A DNA stretch of 62,283 nt, filler included, from Dugesia japonica (GCA_001938525.1; 5 parts of 5 records of this genome joined end to end with filler, not necessarily neighbours in it); one strand, 5' to 3'. Positions 36,845 through 47,415 are shown, counted from the whole stretch's first letter. Notes: generated by a model not told the origin, from the letters alone. Program-made: numbers and translations.

Positions 36845-36864
36845 TTAAATTAGTGCTTTATAAA

Positions 36865-38361
36865 ATGAATACAAAAGAAGTTGAAGAAAGAATTAGAGAT
36901 TTAAGAGCATTAGTAAAATTTCAAGAAAATTATAATAATTTTTTCTGTGGAAACACCCTAGAATCAAGAGAATTACAAAGTCAATTATCATTCATGCAAC
37001 AACCAACAATTTCAGCAATAAATAAAATTAATAATATTTCATTAAAATCAAATTTATTAGAAACTAGAGATTTAACAAAATTCTTTTTAAATGAAAAGGT
37101 AATACCATTTATTCCTGAATATTCAATTGAAAATGTTAATGCTGAAGGAAGATTAACTCAAACAATTATTCCAACATTTTCAAAATTAAATGTTACTGCA
37201 CCAAATCAAGTTAAAAGTTTTATGGAGATAACTTTAAAGGAAAATAAAATTTATTTATTTGAAGAAAATGGAGAAAAAAATTTCTTGTTTAAATCTGAAG
37301 TTATTCCTTATACTGATGGAATTTTTAGAATGATTTTAGGAAATAAAGATGGAAAAGAAACACCCCAAGAAGTAGAAGTTTATTTAAATAAATTTTTAAC
37401 ACCAATTCCTACTAATTCTCTTTATGTTAATGAATTAAAAAATAAATTTAGAAAAGTTATTACAAGGGATATACCTAAAAGAGCCGCAAAAAGAATAAAA
37501 GAAGAATTTAAATCTGCTCCAGGAAGTGAAGGAGAAGTATCAGAAATTCCATTAGATGTAGAACCAGTAGTAGTAGTAAAAGCACATTCACTACAAGAAC
37601 CAATAAAAGCACATTCACTACAACATTCAGAATCAAAAGAAAGAGAACAAGTATCAACAGAAGAAGAAGAAGAATCAAAATCAAAATCAAAATCAAAATC
37701 AAAATCAAAATCAAAATCGGTACTAGAAAAAGAAGAAGAAGAAAGAGATATACTTTTTAAACTTTTAAATGATAAAGATACAGTTGCATTTAGACCCTCT
37801 AGTTTAGAGATTAATACTGGAAAATTAACAGAAGCAACAACCCCTCTTGTTGGAACAGTTACAATTAGACCTAGTAATAATGAGTATAGTAAAGTAGTAT
37901 TGAAAAGTTCAAGGGTGGGAATAGTTTTCTTTGAGGTTGGTGATAAAAAATGTTTTTCAGTTAATGATGTAATTCATGATTATTCAGATGAATTTGTTGA
38001 CATACTTATGGGGAACATTACTAATATTGGATTAGATGTTGAAACTAAAAAGTTAATCAGGATATATTTTAAAGGTGTAATAATAAACCAAGACGTTGTT
38101 AAGAATGATAAATATTGTAAATATTTAAAATCATTACTAACATCAATACCAACACCAACATCAACACCAAAATCAACACCCAAAAAAGGAAAAAGTCTCG
38201 GACCAATAGATTTATTTGAAAAATTAACATTATTAATTTCAGCTGTAAAATCTGGGCATAATAATTTGGAAAGTGACATTAAAAAAACTTGTAAAAAATT
38301 AAAGATGAGGGTGTTAATTTCTAATAAAATTTATAGTAAATATAAGGAGAAATATTTCTAA
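36865..38361 (+). CDS. Conserved Polinton protein (resembles the family annotated gasderminX in adintoviruses) with a duplicated core domain
   Basis: C-terminal PIDLFEKLTLLISAVKSGHNN resembles the PNELVDRLRLL.AS..AGN motif, and YTDGIFRMI resembles Y..T.GL.ELI. Family name is from memory and unverified. Confidence 0.6.
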   Translation: MNTKEVEERIRDLRALVKFQENYNNFFCGNTLESRELQSQLSFMQQPTISAINKINNISLKSNLLETRDLTKFFLNEKVIPFIPEYSIENVNAEGRLTQTIIPTFSKLNVTAPNQVKSFMEITLKENKIYLFEENGEKNFLFKSEVIPYTDGIFRMILGNKDGKETPQEVEVYLNKFLTPIPTNSLYVNELKNKFRKVITRDIPKRAAKRIKEEFKSAPGSEGEVSEIPLDVEPVVVVKAHSLQEPIKAHSLQHSESKEREQVSTEEEEESKSKSKSKSKSKSKSVLEKEEEERDILFKLLNDKDTVAFRPSSLEINTGKLTEATTPLVGTVTIRPSNNEYSKVVLKSSRVGIVFFEVGDKKCFSVNDVIHDYSDEFVDILMGNITNIGLDVETKKLIRIYFKGVIINQDVVKNDKYCKYLKSLLTSIPTPTSTPKSTPKKGKSLGPIDLFEKLTLLISAVKSGHNNLESDIKKTCKKLKMRVLISNKIYSKYKEKYF

Positions 38362-38378
38362 ATCTATAAATAAATTAT

Positions 38379-38393
38379 GCCCGCGCAGCGGGC
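38379..38393 (+). terminator. GCA-triloop hairpin after the 502-aa gene
   Basis: GCCCGC-GCA-GCGGGC-TTGTT, starting 18 nt after the stop; terminator function is inferred. Confidence 0.5.
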
Positions 38394-38439
38394 TTGTTAA
38401 ATGTTTAAATTTTAAATGTTAAAATTTAGATTTTAAAAA

Positions 38440-38877
38440 ATGGAACTATCAAAGCCTGCTTCGCAGACTAAATATAATTTAATAGATTTCCTAAAAACTT
38501 TCGGGATTAATACAACTACAAATTTTGATTTATATTCAATAGCAGATTTTTTAGATTTAGATTTGGAGATTTGTATGAAGGATGAGATTTTAGATTTGGA
38601 TGCCACCCAAAATTATATTTTTAATTACCAAAATTCAAATCAAAAAGGAACACATTGGACATGTTTTTCTAAGGGTTATTATTTTGATTCTTTTGGGTTA
38701 AAACCTCTAGAACAAATTTCTAAATTCACAAAAAAATATAATGAAATTGTAGTCCAACATTACGGCACGAAAATTTGTGGAATTTTATGTATTTATTTTT
38801 TGCACAAGATTCAAGATGTTGGGTTTGATGATATTATTTTAGAAATGAAGAAATTGTATGATTTAATAAAAAATTAG
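38440..38877 (+). CDS. Adenain-like cysteine maturation protease
   Basis: NYQNSNQKGTHW, YYFDSFG and VQHYGTKICGILC give an intact H-D-Q-C set. Confidence 0.95.
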   Translation: MELSKPASQTKYNLIDFLKTFGINTTTNFDLYSIADFLDLDLEICMKDEILDLDATQNYIFNYQNSNQKGTHWTCFSKGYYFDSFGLKPLEQISKFTKKYNEIVVQHYGTKICGILCIYFLHKIQDVGFDDIILEMKKLYDLIKN

Positions 38878-38892
38878 TCTGCGCAGCAGGCT
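38876..38892 (+). terminator. GCA-triloop hairpin overlapping the protease stop
   Basis: AGTCTGC-GCA-GCAGGCT-TTTTT. Confidence 0.5.
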
Positions 38893-38930
38893 TTTTTAAG
38901 CTTAATTGTTATTATTTTAGTGTGGCATTT

Positions 38931-38952
38931 CCAATACGATTAATCGTATTGG
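38931..38952. repeat. Perfect 22-bp palindrome between convergent genes
   Basis: CCAATACGATT/AATCGTATTGG. Confidence 0.9.
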
Positions 38953-39018
38953 CACACCACTGCTACACCTTAATCCATTAACAGTAGTATTTAAGAATTA
39001 ACCCCAAAGGGACCCAAA

Positions 39019-39033
39019 GCTTGCTGCGCAATC
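39019..39033 (-). terminator. GCA-triloop hairpin after the penton stop
   Basis: Minus strand reads GATTGC-GCA-GCAAGC-TTT. Confidence 0.45.
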
Positions 39034-39042
39034 ATATTTTTA

Positions 39043-39702
39043 TTATAATCTATACTTTCTTAAATGTACTAAAATCGAAATATTCTCTTGGTTAAAATCA
39101 ATTGTATTAAAGTTTTCATCAACAACATTAAATCTTAAACTATCAATGTACTTTGTATTAATTTTAGAATAANNNNNNNNNNNNNNNNNNNNNNNNNNNN
39201 NNNNNNNNNNNNNNNNNNNNNNNNNNNNNNNNNNNNNNNNNNNNNNNNNNNNNNNNGATTCTCCTTTTGAAGATTTTACATAATTACCTTTAACGATATT
39301 ACAAGTTAAATTTATCATATTAATATTTGAGATATCAATTTTATTTTCAGAATAATATTTTCCTGCTGGATAAGATTTTACTGCAAAACCTAAAATTTTA
39401 TGAAAAAAAGATTTTTCCTCGAATGTTAATGTATTAGTGATTTTCATATTACATTTTGTTGTAGATGTATCTGCTGAAACTTCAATTCCATACTTTTCTA
39501 ATCTTGATGATATTTCTTTTATTTCATAAGCTCCAGGTTCTATTCTATTTTTACTATTAAATTTATTATTTTCATTTGTAATGTTAAAAATAATGTTATA
39601 GCAAATTAATCCGAGTTCATATTCGGAATCTAATTCTAAAGGAAATTTTAAATCTAATTTTAAATCATTTTCTTTTCCAACTATTAAGAATTGATGTGAC
39701 AT
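39043..39702 (-). CDS. Minor capsid (penton) protein; contains a sequence gap
   Basis: FPLELDSEYELGL..YN.IFNI..NNKF, IEPGAYEIKEI, ILGF, INLTCNIVKGNY and IDFNQENISILVHLR. Confidence 0.88.
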   Translation of the reverse strand: MSHQFLIVGKENDLKLDLKFPLELDSEYELGLICYNIIFNITNENNKFNSKNRIEPGAYEIKEISSRLEKYGIEVSADTSTTKCNMKITNTLTFEEKSFFHKILGFAVKSYPAGKYYSENKIDISNINMINLTCNIVKGNYVKSSKGEXXXXXXXXXXXXXXXXXXXXXXXXXXXXXYSKINTKYIDSLRFNVVDENFNTIDFNQENISILVHLRKYRL

Positions 39703-39736
39703 TGAATGCTATTTATTAATGATAAAAATTAATAAA

Positions 39737-39751
39737 GCCTACTGCGTAGGC
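39737..39751 (-). terminator. GCA-triloop hairpin overlapping the stop of the 477-aa ORF
   Basis: Minus strand reads GCCTAC-GCA-GTAGGC-TTT. Confidence 0.5.
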
Positions 39752-41172
39752 ATAATTCTATTTTCTTCAAGAATTTCTCTAACCTCACGAAAATTTGTTG
39801 TAATCATGAAAAATGAAAAACTGCTTTTTAATATAATTGGGAAATCATCTGCCAACTTACTAAATTGAATTAATCTGTTTATGTATCTTACTGAATAATT
39901 AATTCTCTTTAATTTTAAGTGTTCTAAAAGTTTTTTATTCTTTTTTAATCTAAATTTTAATATTCTTAGTGATTCCCCCAAATTTGAATAACCTATTAAA
40001 GTAATTCGTTTAGCTTTTACTACTACACCATCCCACTGATAAATTTTTGTTGATATTTCTTCTAAATCAAGTGATTCAAAATCTTCTTTTTTATCTAAAA
40101 ATTTTAAACTGTTTTCAACAAATTCATTTTCCTCACATCCTTCTTGTGTAAAAGATTCTAAAAGCCCATTTTTAAAACTTAATTTATTTTCTAGTACTAT
40201 TGCTACTCCTTCTGGTTCTGCTTCTCCTTCTACTGCTTCTACTACTGGTTTTGTTACTACTACTACCGATTCCGTTTCTGATTTCAATCCCGATTCCGCT
40301 TCCAAATCTGATTGTGCTAGTAGTACTGGTTTTGGTTTTGGTTTTGGTTCCGATGGTGTGGCTTCAGAATTAGAATTAATTTTAGAACTAGAATCAGAAT
40401 CAGAATCAGAATCAGAATTAGAATTAGAATTAGAATTAGAATAAGAATTAATTTCAGAATCAGAATTAATTTCAGAATCAGAATTAATTTCAGAATCAGA
40501 ATTAATTTCTTCTTCAAATGTTTTTCTTCTTGGTGGTTCAGATGTTATTGTTGTTGTTGTTGGTGGTGGTAGTAGTGTTGCTATTACTACATTTGTTGTT
40601 GGCAGTGTTGGTAGTGTTGGTGTTGGTAGTGATTTTGATTTTGGTGCTCTCGGTTTTCGCGCCCCACTACTTTTTGGTTTTCGTGCTTTTTTTGGTTTTA
40701 CTACAGGATTTGGTTTTGATGTTGGTAGTGTTGGTGTTGTTGTTGGTGGTGCACTACTACCTGCACTACTAGTACTTGGCATTTCACTACCAATTATTTC
40801 ACCGCCTGCACCAAGTTTTACAATTTTATTTTGAGCTTCATTTTTAGGATCCCAATAATGTTTTACTGGGGTTTTCATATTCTTTCCATCTTGTAACTTT
40901 TTAAGGGCATCTTTAACCCTACATTTATTCTCAAACATATAATTAACAATATATCTAAAATCTATCGTATTTTCTAATACCGATTCAAAGTAATATTTGT
41001 CATCACTAAGCTTAGCAAGAGCTTCTAAACTTAGTATAGTCTTATCTAAATTAAGAATGAGATTTATTAGCATGTGTATTTTATAAAGAATTAATTTTAA
41101 TCGTACAGAAATTTTAATCATATGGAAATATTTATATTTTTTTATTTTTATTAATTCTTTAAAAAATAGCAT
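39739..41172 (-). CDS. Hypothetical protein with a P/T/K-rich and (INSDSE)n linker and a basic helical C-terminal domain (start may be 41073)
   Basis: Uninterrupted 477-aa ORF inside the intact element. Confidence 0.75.
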   Translation of the reverse strand: MLFFKELIKIKKYKYFHMIKISVRLKLILYKIHMLINLILNLDKTILSLEALAKLSDDKYYFESVLENTIDFRYIVNYMFENKCRVKDALKKLQDGKNMKTPVKHYWDPKNEAQNKIVKLGAGGEIIGSEMPSTSSAGSSAPPTTTPTLPTSKPNPVVKPKKARKPKSSGARKPRAPKSKSLPTPTLPTLPTTNVVIATLLPPPTTTTITSEPPRRKTFEEEINSDSEINSDSEINSDSEINSYSNSNSNSNSDSDSDSDSSSKINSNSEATPSEPKPKPKPVLLAQSDLEAESGLKSETESVVVVTKPVVEAVEGEAEPEGVAIVLENKLSFKNGLLESFTQEGCEENEFVENSLKFLDKKEDFESLDLEEISTKIYQWDGVVVKAKRITLIGYSNLGESLRILKFRLKKNKKLLEHLKLKRINYSVRYINRLIQFSKLADDFPIILKSSFSFFMITTNFREVREILEENRIMPTQ

Positions 41173-41181
41173 ACTAAAATA

Positions 41182-41444
41182 ATGAACAAGTTCGGGGAAA
41201 GTTTATTTACAATAAATAATTCACAATTAATAAAACATGTTGACTCTAAAATTAGAATATCAGAATCTAAAAATGAAAATAAATTTGTAAATGAATCTGG
41301 TGATACAATAACAACTCTTAAAATAAAGGATGATCCTAAAGATCTTTCTGATGCAGTTAATTTAAAATACATTAAAATGTTGGAAGATAAAGTTGAAAGA
41401 CATGAATTAATTTTTACTAAACTTTTAAATATAGAAAAATATAA
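41182..41444 (+). CDS. Fibre-like protein, 5' part (truncated by gap)
   Basis: MNKFG; FVNESGDTIT...DPKDLSDAVNLKYI resembles the phage/Polinton fibre motif YV.K.GDTMTG...P....DA.NK.YV. Confidence 0.6.
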
Positions 41445-41544
41445 NNNNNNNNNNNNNNNNNNNNNNNNNNNNNNNNNNNNNNNNNNNNTTAATTAATTAA
41501 NNNNNNNNNNNNNNNNNNNNNNNNNNNNNNNNNNNNNNNNNNNN
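41445..41544. other. Artificial contig spacer
   Basis: 44N-TTAATTAATTAA-44N. Confidence 0.95.
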
Positions 41545-41689
41545 TACCTACTCTATTTGGTAAGGAAATTTCATTGAAAATGGTCAAATTTAAATTAGCT
41601 ATTACTAGAAAATTAATCTTTGAGGATTAATTAATCTTTAATTAATTAATCAATTAATTAAGAAAATTAATCTTTTTCTTGAGGAAAGA

Positions 41690-42455
41690 TTAAACCAAGT
41701 CACCCAAACTTTACCCAATCCGAGCAATCCCGAGGAATTATTTGAGCAAATCACTTAAAAATTACTCTAAACCATTGAAATATTGACCATATTCTACCTC
41801 ACCGAGAAAATTTTCAACCAATTTCAACTAAATCATCCAAAAAATTACCAATCCCGAGTAAAAATTTGACCAAATTTATCTGAACCAGCAAAAAATTGAC
41901 TTCATTCGACTTCATCAAGAAAACTTTCAACCAATTTAGTCTAAACCAATCAAAAATCAACCTTATTCCATCTCAACAAGGATATTATCTACAAAATTCC
42001 CCTGAATCACCCAAAAATCATCAATGCCGAGGAAACTTTGGACAAAAGCCACCTTAAAACAATAAAAAATTAGGCTCATTCGACCTCACCGAATAAATTC
42101 CCAACTAAAAAGCCTGAAAAATATTGCTGCTTAAAAGCCTAAAAAATTTTCCCAAGTAAATACACAGGGAAAAGTATAGCCACTTAATCCTATTACATAA
42201 AATTTCACCGATGAAATTAATCTTATGACATAATTTGTGTGCAAAATATGTTCGCCGCCTATTTACATTAGAAAAATGTATAGCCCTTTATGTAATAATT
42301 CTCGCGACAAGATTAATTACGTTATGTAACTCACATAAATGTGTGTCGCCGCCTATTTACATCAGAAAAATACAACCTCAGTTATGTAATAATCCAATTA
42401 CGTCGGGGGGCCTTGCTGAATGTGTGCTGGCTATCACCGCTTCTATCTATCTACT
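41690..42455 (+). mobile_element. Family B terminal region ending TATCTATCTACT
   Basis: Same tandem units as 12520-12900 and 28470-28990. Confidence 0.7.
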
Positions 42456-42900
42456 GTAGACGATCTTGTACCTATCTTCAACAATTACAATCAGATGAAT
42501 TATATGATAAAGAAAATTTTAATCCTCACTGATACAAGCTATCACAAGTTCAGACCAAGCAAATGTGGATTCTTCCAACTTAAAGAAAACCTTAATGAAA
42601 CTTGCAATATCAAAATTTACAATGAAGCAATTCCAAACATTAATGAGGAAAACCTGTACAATTTCTTGGGAGTATGATTTAGAGAAGCTAAAAAAACAAC
42701 CTTTGAGACATCATCAACAATGCAATAGTAGACTTTGGAAAAATCACAGAAAACAACCTTCATCCATCACAAAAAATCCAAGCGTACAAAATGTTTATTC
42801 ATTCAAGATTAATCTATTCTATGAGGAACAGAAACATTCTCCATATGAAAATAAACAACCCTCACCACAAAAATCTATGATCTTGGATTTATTTGAATAA
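42456..42900 (+). pseudogene. Non-LTR retrotransposon RT fragment (R2/NeSL-like)
   Basis: VDDLV...KFRPSKCG...IPNINEENLYNFLGV. Confidence 0.6.
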
Positions 42901-42959
42901 TTCAGGACTTTTTTGAACTAGTCACAAACTGATTTATAAATAAATGTTTTTTTATTAAA

Positions 42960-43840
42960 AAGCTTATGTTGACTTATTATACTAAGGAAAATTATGTGCT
43001 ATATTGAAAACTGCTACAAATGTACATGAGATTAGGAGTTGAAGTTAAAGTGGTCCATAGAGCGGTATGATTTACTCAAGCGTGCATCTTCGAAAATTAC
43101 CATGCAAAAAATACTGCATCAAAAGAAGAATGTAATACCGAGCTTGAGAAAAATTATTACAAACTTTTGAACAACAGTTTGTACGAAAAATTGGTTGAGA
43201 ATTTGAAGAACCGGATGAATTTGCGATTATGTAATACAAGTAAGAAGTTGGTAACATACGTATCAAAACCTAGCTTCCGGAAATCTATCAAAATTGATGA
43301 GGACCTGATAGCGGCTTTGATGAATAAAGAGTCAGCATGCTATGATCGTCCCAGTTACATTGGACAATCTGTACTTAACCTAAGTAATTTATAGATGTAC
43401 CAGCTACAGTACATTGACCTCGAGAAGTACAGAAAACAAGAAAATTGTAGAATTAATGTTGTAACTGGCGATGCTGACAGCTTTTTTCTGGAAATAACTG
43501 GTGTAAAACTAGAAAAACGTTTATCATTAATGATAAACGATTATTTGTTGGATACATCGAATTATAGTAAGCAGCATCCCCTGTATAGTAATAATTTAAA
43601 TTCAGTCATTGGGAAGTTTAAGGATGAGAATAATGGGAATAAGTATCGAGAATGGTGTTCATGAGGCCGATATGCTATCTTATTAAAAACACATTTTTCA
43701 TCAGTCATACCTTGACTGTTACAATGAGAATCGATCGCTCTTTGTAGATCAATTTAGGATCAGCAGTAAGAACCGCCAGTTATTTCGTGTTAGATCTAAG
43801 AAAATAGCTTTATGGAATAACGATGATAAGAGGTAATGAC
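42960..43840 (+). pseudogene. pPolB C-terminal fragment
   Basis: NNSLYEKLVENLKNRMNLRLCN, DRPSYIGQ, GDADS, GKFKDE and DDKR; close to the 18500-19480 copy. Confidence 0.9.
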
Positions 43841-43899
43841 TAAATAAAAATGAAAATTTGTATCTTTTTTCAACAGAAAATATTTCAATGCTAGGACAA

Positions 43900-44506
43900 G
43901 GGTTTTTAACCCCCATATATTACTTACAAAAATTAACCAACCAAATTATCGACCAAAAATCCCTCAAATTAACTCATTTTGTAACCTATCCGCTTTCACA
44001 TTACGTTTTCAACAAGCTATTAACTACCAAAATCCAACAAGTACTTCCAAAACTATTAATACTCAAAACATCAGTGCGTGATAACTCATCAGCTTTTACT
44101 GGGCGCTACCACTCATTGTAGATAGAACGAACCATCCTTCACCATAAGTTCTTAAGACAATGTATAGGCAGAATTTGGGTCCTGACACAACCATACTATC
44201 CTCACCCCAAAAAAGTGGAAATAAATAACTGCACAGTGCAACTGATTGCAATTTCACTTTTGCACCTACATCTTTTTGCACACTGCACCCAAACATACAT
44301 CTCAACTTTCCAAATACACACACACAATACCTCCAATACTCCACGATCACAATCGAGATCCCGACCTAAAAAAAGTAATTCGATTAAAAATCTGATCACA
44401 CCATAAATCTTTTAAAAAAATCCACAATAACCAATACCTAATTTATAGAACAGTATTATGTATTCTCGTTAAGGGGGGTATTCCAGTGCACTTTTATCAA
44501 CGTACT
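43900..44506 (+). mobile_element. Terminal region homologous to 8080-8771
   Basis: Shares AAAATCCAACAA..GCGCTACCAC..CCATCC..CATAAGT blocks with 8080-8771; ends CGTACT. Confidence 0.6.
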
Positions 44507-45460
44507 TTAATTAACGCTTGAAGACTAGATTAGTTTAAATCCATATAGATTTCTTATTAATTTTTTATATTCGATTAAATTATTTTTAATATTCCTTTTA
44601 CATATGTAGATGTGAGGCATATATAACTCTGGAATAGAAGAATCTTCTTTGATCACAAAGCTTTATTTTTATAAAATAAACTCATTTTTGACAACACAAT
44701 TTAAAATTAAATTTTTTACAATCAAATTACAATTAAGAATGAATTATTAATTTGTTATTATTTTTAGTCAAAATTAAATTACACTTAAAATGTCAATTAA
44801 TTAACAATAACAATTACAATTTAAAATTTAATCAAAACACTAAAATGTCAATTAATTAACAGTAACAATTTAAAAATCAATCAAAACAATTTTGCCTTAG
44901 TAAAATTGACAATTTCCAAACCAATTGAAATCAAAAAAATTCAGCGAAAAATTTTACGATACCTTTGAAAATTTTTCACACAACAAAAAACGTTTTACGA
45001 CTAAGAAAAATCTAAAAAATTACTTATTTTCAATTAATCCACACAGTAGATTAGTCAAATTGGATGAGTTTTGCAATACAAAGCCCATAATCATAATAAA
45101 CATTAACTTTTCTTTAAATTTGAAGTATTATTAAGCAACTAAGATTTGTAAACTGCATTTTACCAAAATATTTATTCTTAAAATATAAATTTCAAGATTA
45201 AAAAAGCTGTAGAATTAATTAGGTATTGAAAAAACTATATATTATTTATAAACAAATTCTAACTGAGGAAAAACAAATGCTTATTTATACTAAAACTATA
45301 AAAAATGACAAGTAATTGTTTAAATAAATCAAATTTATTTCAATAATAAATGTTCTTTTATTGAATATTTTTTCTATAAATTATAATTTTCAAATTAAAC
45401 ATCATGTTTTAAAATAAATGCCATTTTATATTTGACTTAGTTTTAATATTTATTATTTAG

Positions 45461-45811
45461 GCTGAGAGTAAATTCATTTTTGCTGATCGTCATGGATTAT
45501 TATGCCGAATAAAATCGCCACAAAAAGAACTACCTAAATTACAGCCAACAGCAAGAATCCGCACAAGTTCCGTAACAGAAAATAGTTTTGATAATGAATC
45601 ATTTGGTAGTGGTCACTCTGCTGATAACAATTTAAGTTCATCGTTAGAGAATCTTCATCTATTCAATAATAATGGAGTTAAGAAAAATGAATCATTTTTC
45701 TATGGATTTTTCAATGATACCAATAATTGTATCCATCAGAAAAAAACTGTTTCAATATTGGAACCAAACGGTCATAAAGTCTACCCAGATAAACCAATTA
45801 AGAAGAATAAA
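45461..45811 (+). CDS. Probable host exon (upstream part of the LRR gene)
   Basis: TTTAG acceptor, 117 open codons (AESKFIFADRHG...KPIKKNK) and a phase-0 GT donor. Confidence 0.55.
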
Positions 45812-46554
45812 GTTATTGTTAGTGATTTGCAATTTCCTGGTTTTTAGATTTGATTCTAAACAATTATTTTTGTTATTTTATATAGACAAATCTTAGCCTA
45901 AATATTAGCATCTTCATGAGAAAATATTTGTTATTAATTTATATTTGTTCAAATTAATAATTTATTTCTATCAATTTCTAATAATTTATTTCTTTAAAAT
46001 ATTTCATTTCTTTTTATTATTAAATATTTGCGGAATATTTTTAGACCAATTCTCCAAATAATAATAACAATAATAATAATCAATAATAATAATAATGACA
46101 ATGATAATAATAATCAATAATAACAATAATAATAATCAATAATGATAATAATAATAATAATACTAAATAATAATAAAATGATAATAATAAAATGATAATA
46201 ATAATATTAATAATAATAAAGATAATAAAAAATAAAACTTTATTGTTTTATATTTCGACGGATCAACCTAGTGTCATCATCAGACAAAAATGAAAAAAGT
46301 AGTTTATTCAGTCTATTATTTAAACAAAGATTCAAGCAATTATTCTGAATATCAAATGGCGATAATCTATAAAATTTGAAATTTGAAATAATAATAATTA
46401 TAAATATAATAATCAATGATAACATTTATCATAGGCATTATCATATATACATCACTCAATCAATAAAAGTTCTTCATTTACAATAAAATTTTATATTCAT
46501 GGTCCAAATATTTTTTATCATTCCTACATAATACTCAATTTAAATTTTAAATCA

Positions 46555-47415
46555 CGTTATGCCGATGACATTTTTCTTGTTTTTGAAAATCGCTCCCGTT
46601 TATGAAGAATATGAATAACTTGCATTCAAATATAGGCTTAACTGTTGAAGAAGAGATCAATTCAACTATTTCATTTCTTGATTTGCTTATTGAAAGAAAG
46701 AATACTTCATTTGAAACAGAGATATATAGAAGGAAAACTGATACCGGTTTGTTTACAAATCCTGCCAGTTTTGTGACATAAAATATGAAAGTAATATAAT
46801 TAAAGGACTAATTCATCGTTCTTGATCTCTCTCTTCTTTTTATATCAAAGCAGTCCAGAGTCTCAATAAATTAATTGACTTACTTCATAATAATGTGTAT
46901 TCTAAATTGTTTACAGACAAATTAATTTATGAAACTTTGAATAAACTAAATAGTGACTTGTCGCGTGTTTATGTATGTGAGATGGTAGAAACAGATCCTA
47001 AAATTATTTTATCTTTACCTTATTCTGAAGGCTTTGAAAATTTTAAGAAAATTTTAAATATAAAAGTTGTATCTCAATTTCAAAAGGTTATAAATATGTT
47101 CAATAATAAATCTGTAACCCCTTTAGGCTTGTGTTCGGGTCTTGTCTATCAATTTAAATGTAGTGCCACATACATTGGAGAGACTTTCCGTTATTTCTGC
47201 ACCAGAGTACAAGAGCATAGTTGAAATAGAAATATTGTTGAGCATCGGAGAAAATGTATAAAATCAATAAGGTTTTCTGATTTTAAAATCTTGTGTAGTG
47301 GATTTCATAATTATCGGCAGAGAGTGATGTGTGATGCTTTGTTAATAAGGGCATTAGATCCTAAAATTAATATTCAGTTGACGGATTCAACATCTTTCTT
47401 AAAATTATTTTATTG
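46555..47415 (+). pseudogene. Penelope-like element: RT C-terminus plus GIY-YIG endonuclease
   Basis: RYADDIF, TVEEE..STISFLDL, IYRRKTDTG and GLVYQFKC..YIGET...TRVQEH. Confidence 0.88.

Larger units (their letters stand above)
31745..41444. mobile_element. Apparently intact Polinton/adintovirus-like element (partial; ends not assembled)
   Basis: Eight densely packed ORFs with no visible stops or frameshifts, including pPolB, adenain and penton. MCP, ATPase, integrase and TIRs are not in this segment. Confidence 0.92.

Noticed and set aside
37508-40772. Poly-IL/LV ORFs (37508-37714, 40317-40517, 40518-40772)
   Set aside because: These are shadow frames of low-complexity coding repeats.
2848-41444. 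One complete Polinton assembled from the ATPase/MCP/INT relics plus the intact pPolB segment
   Set aside because: The parts lie on different joined contigs, differ in decay state and appear to be from different lineages.
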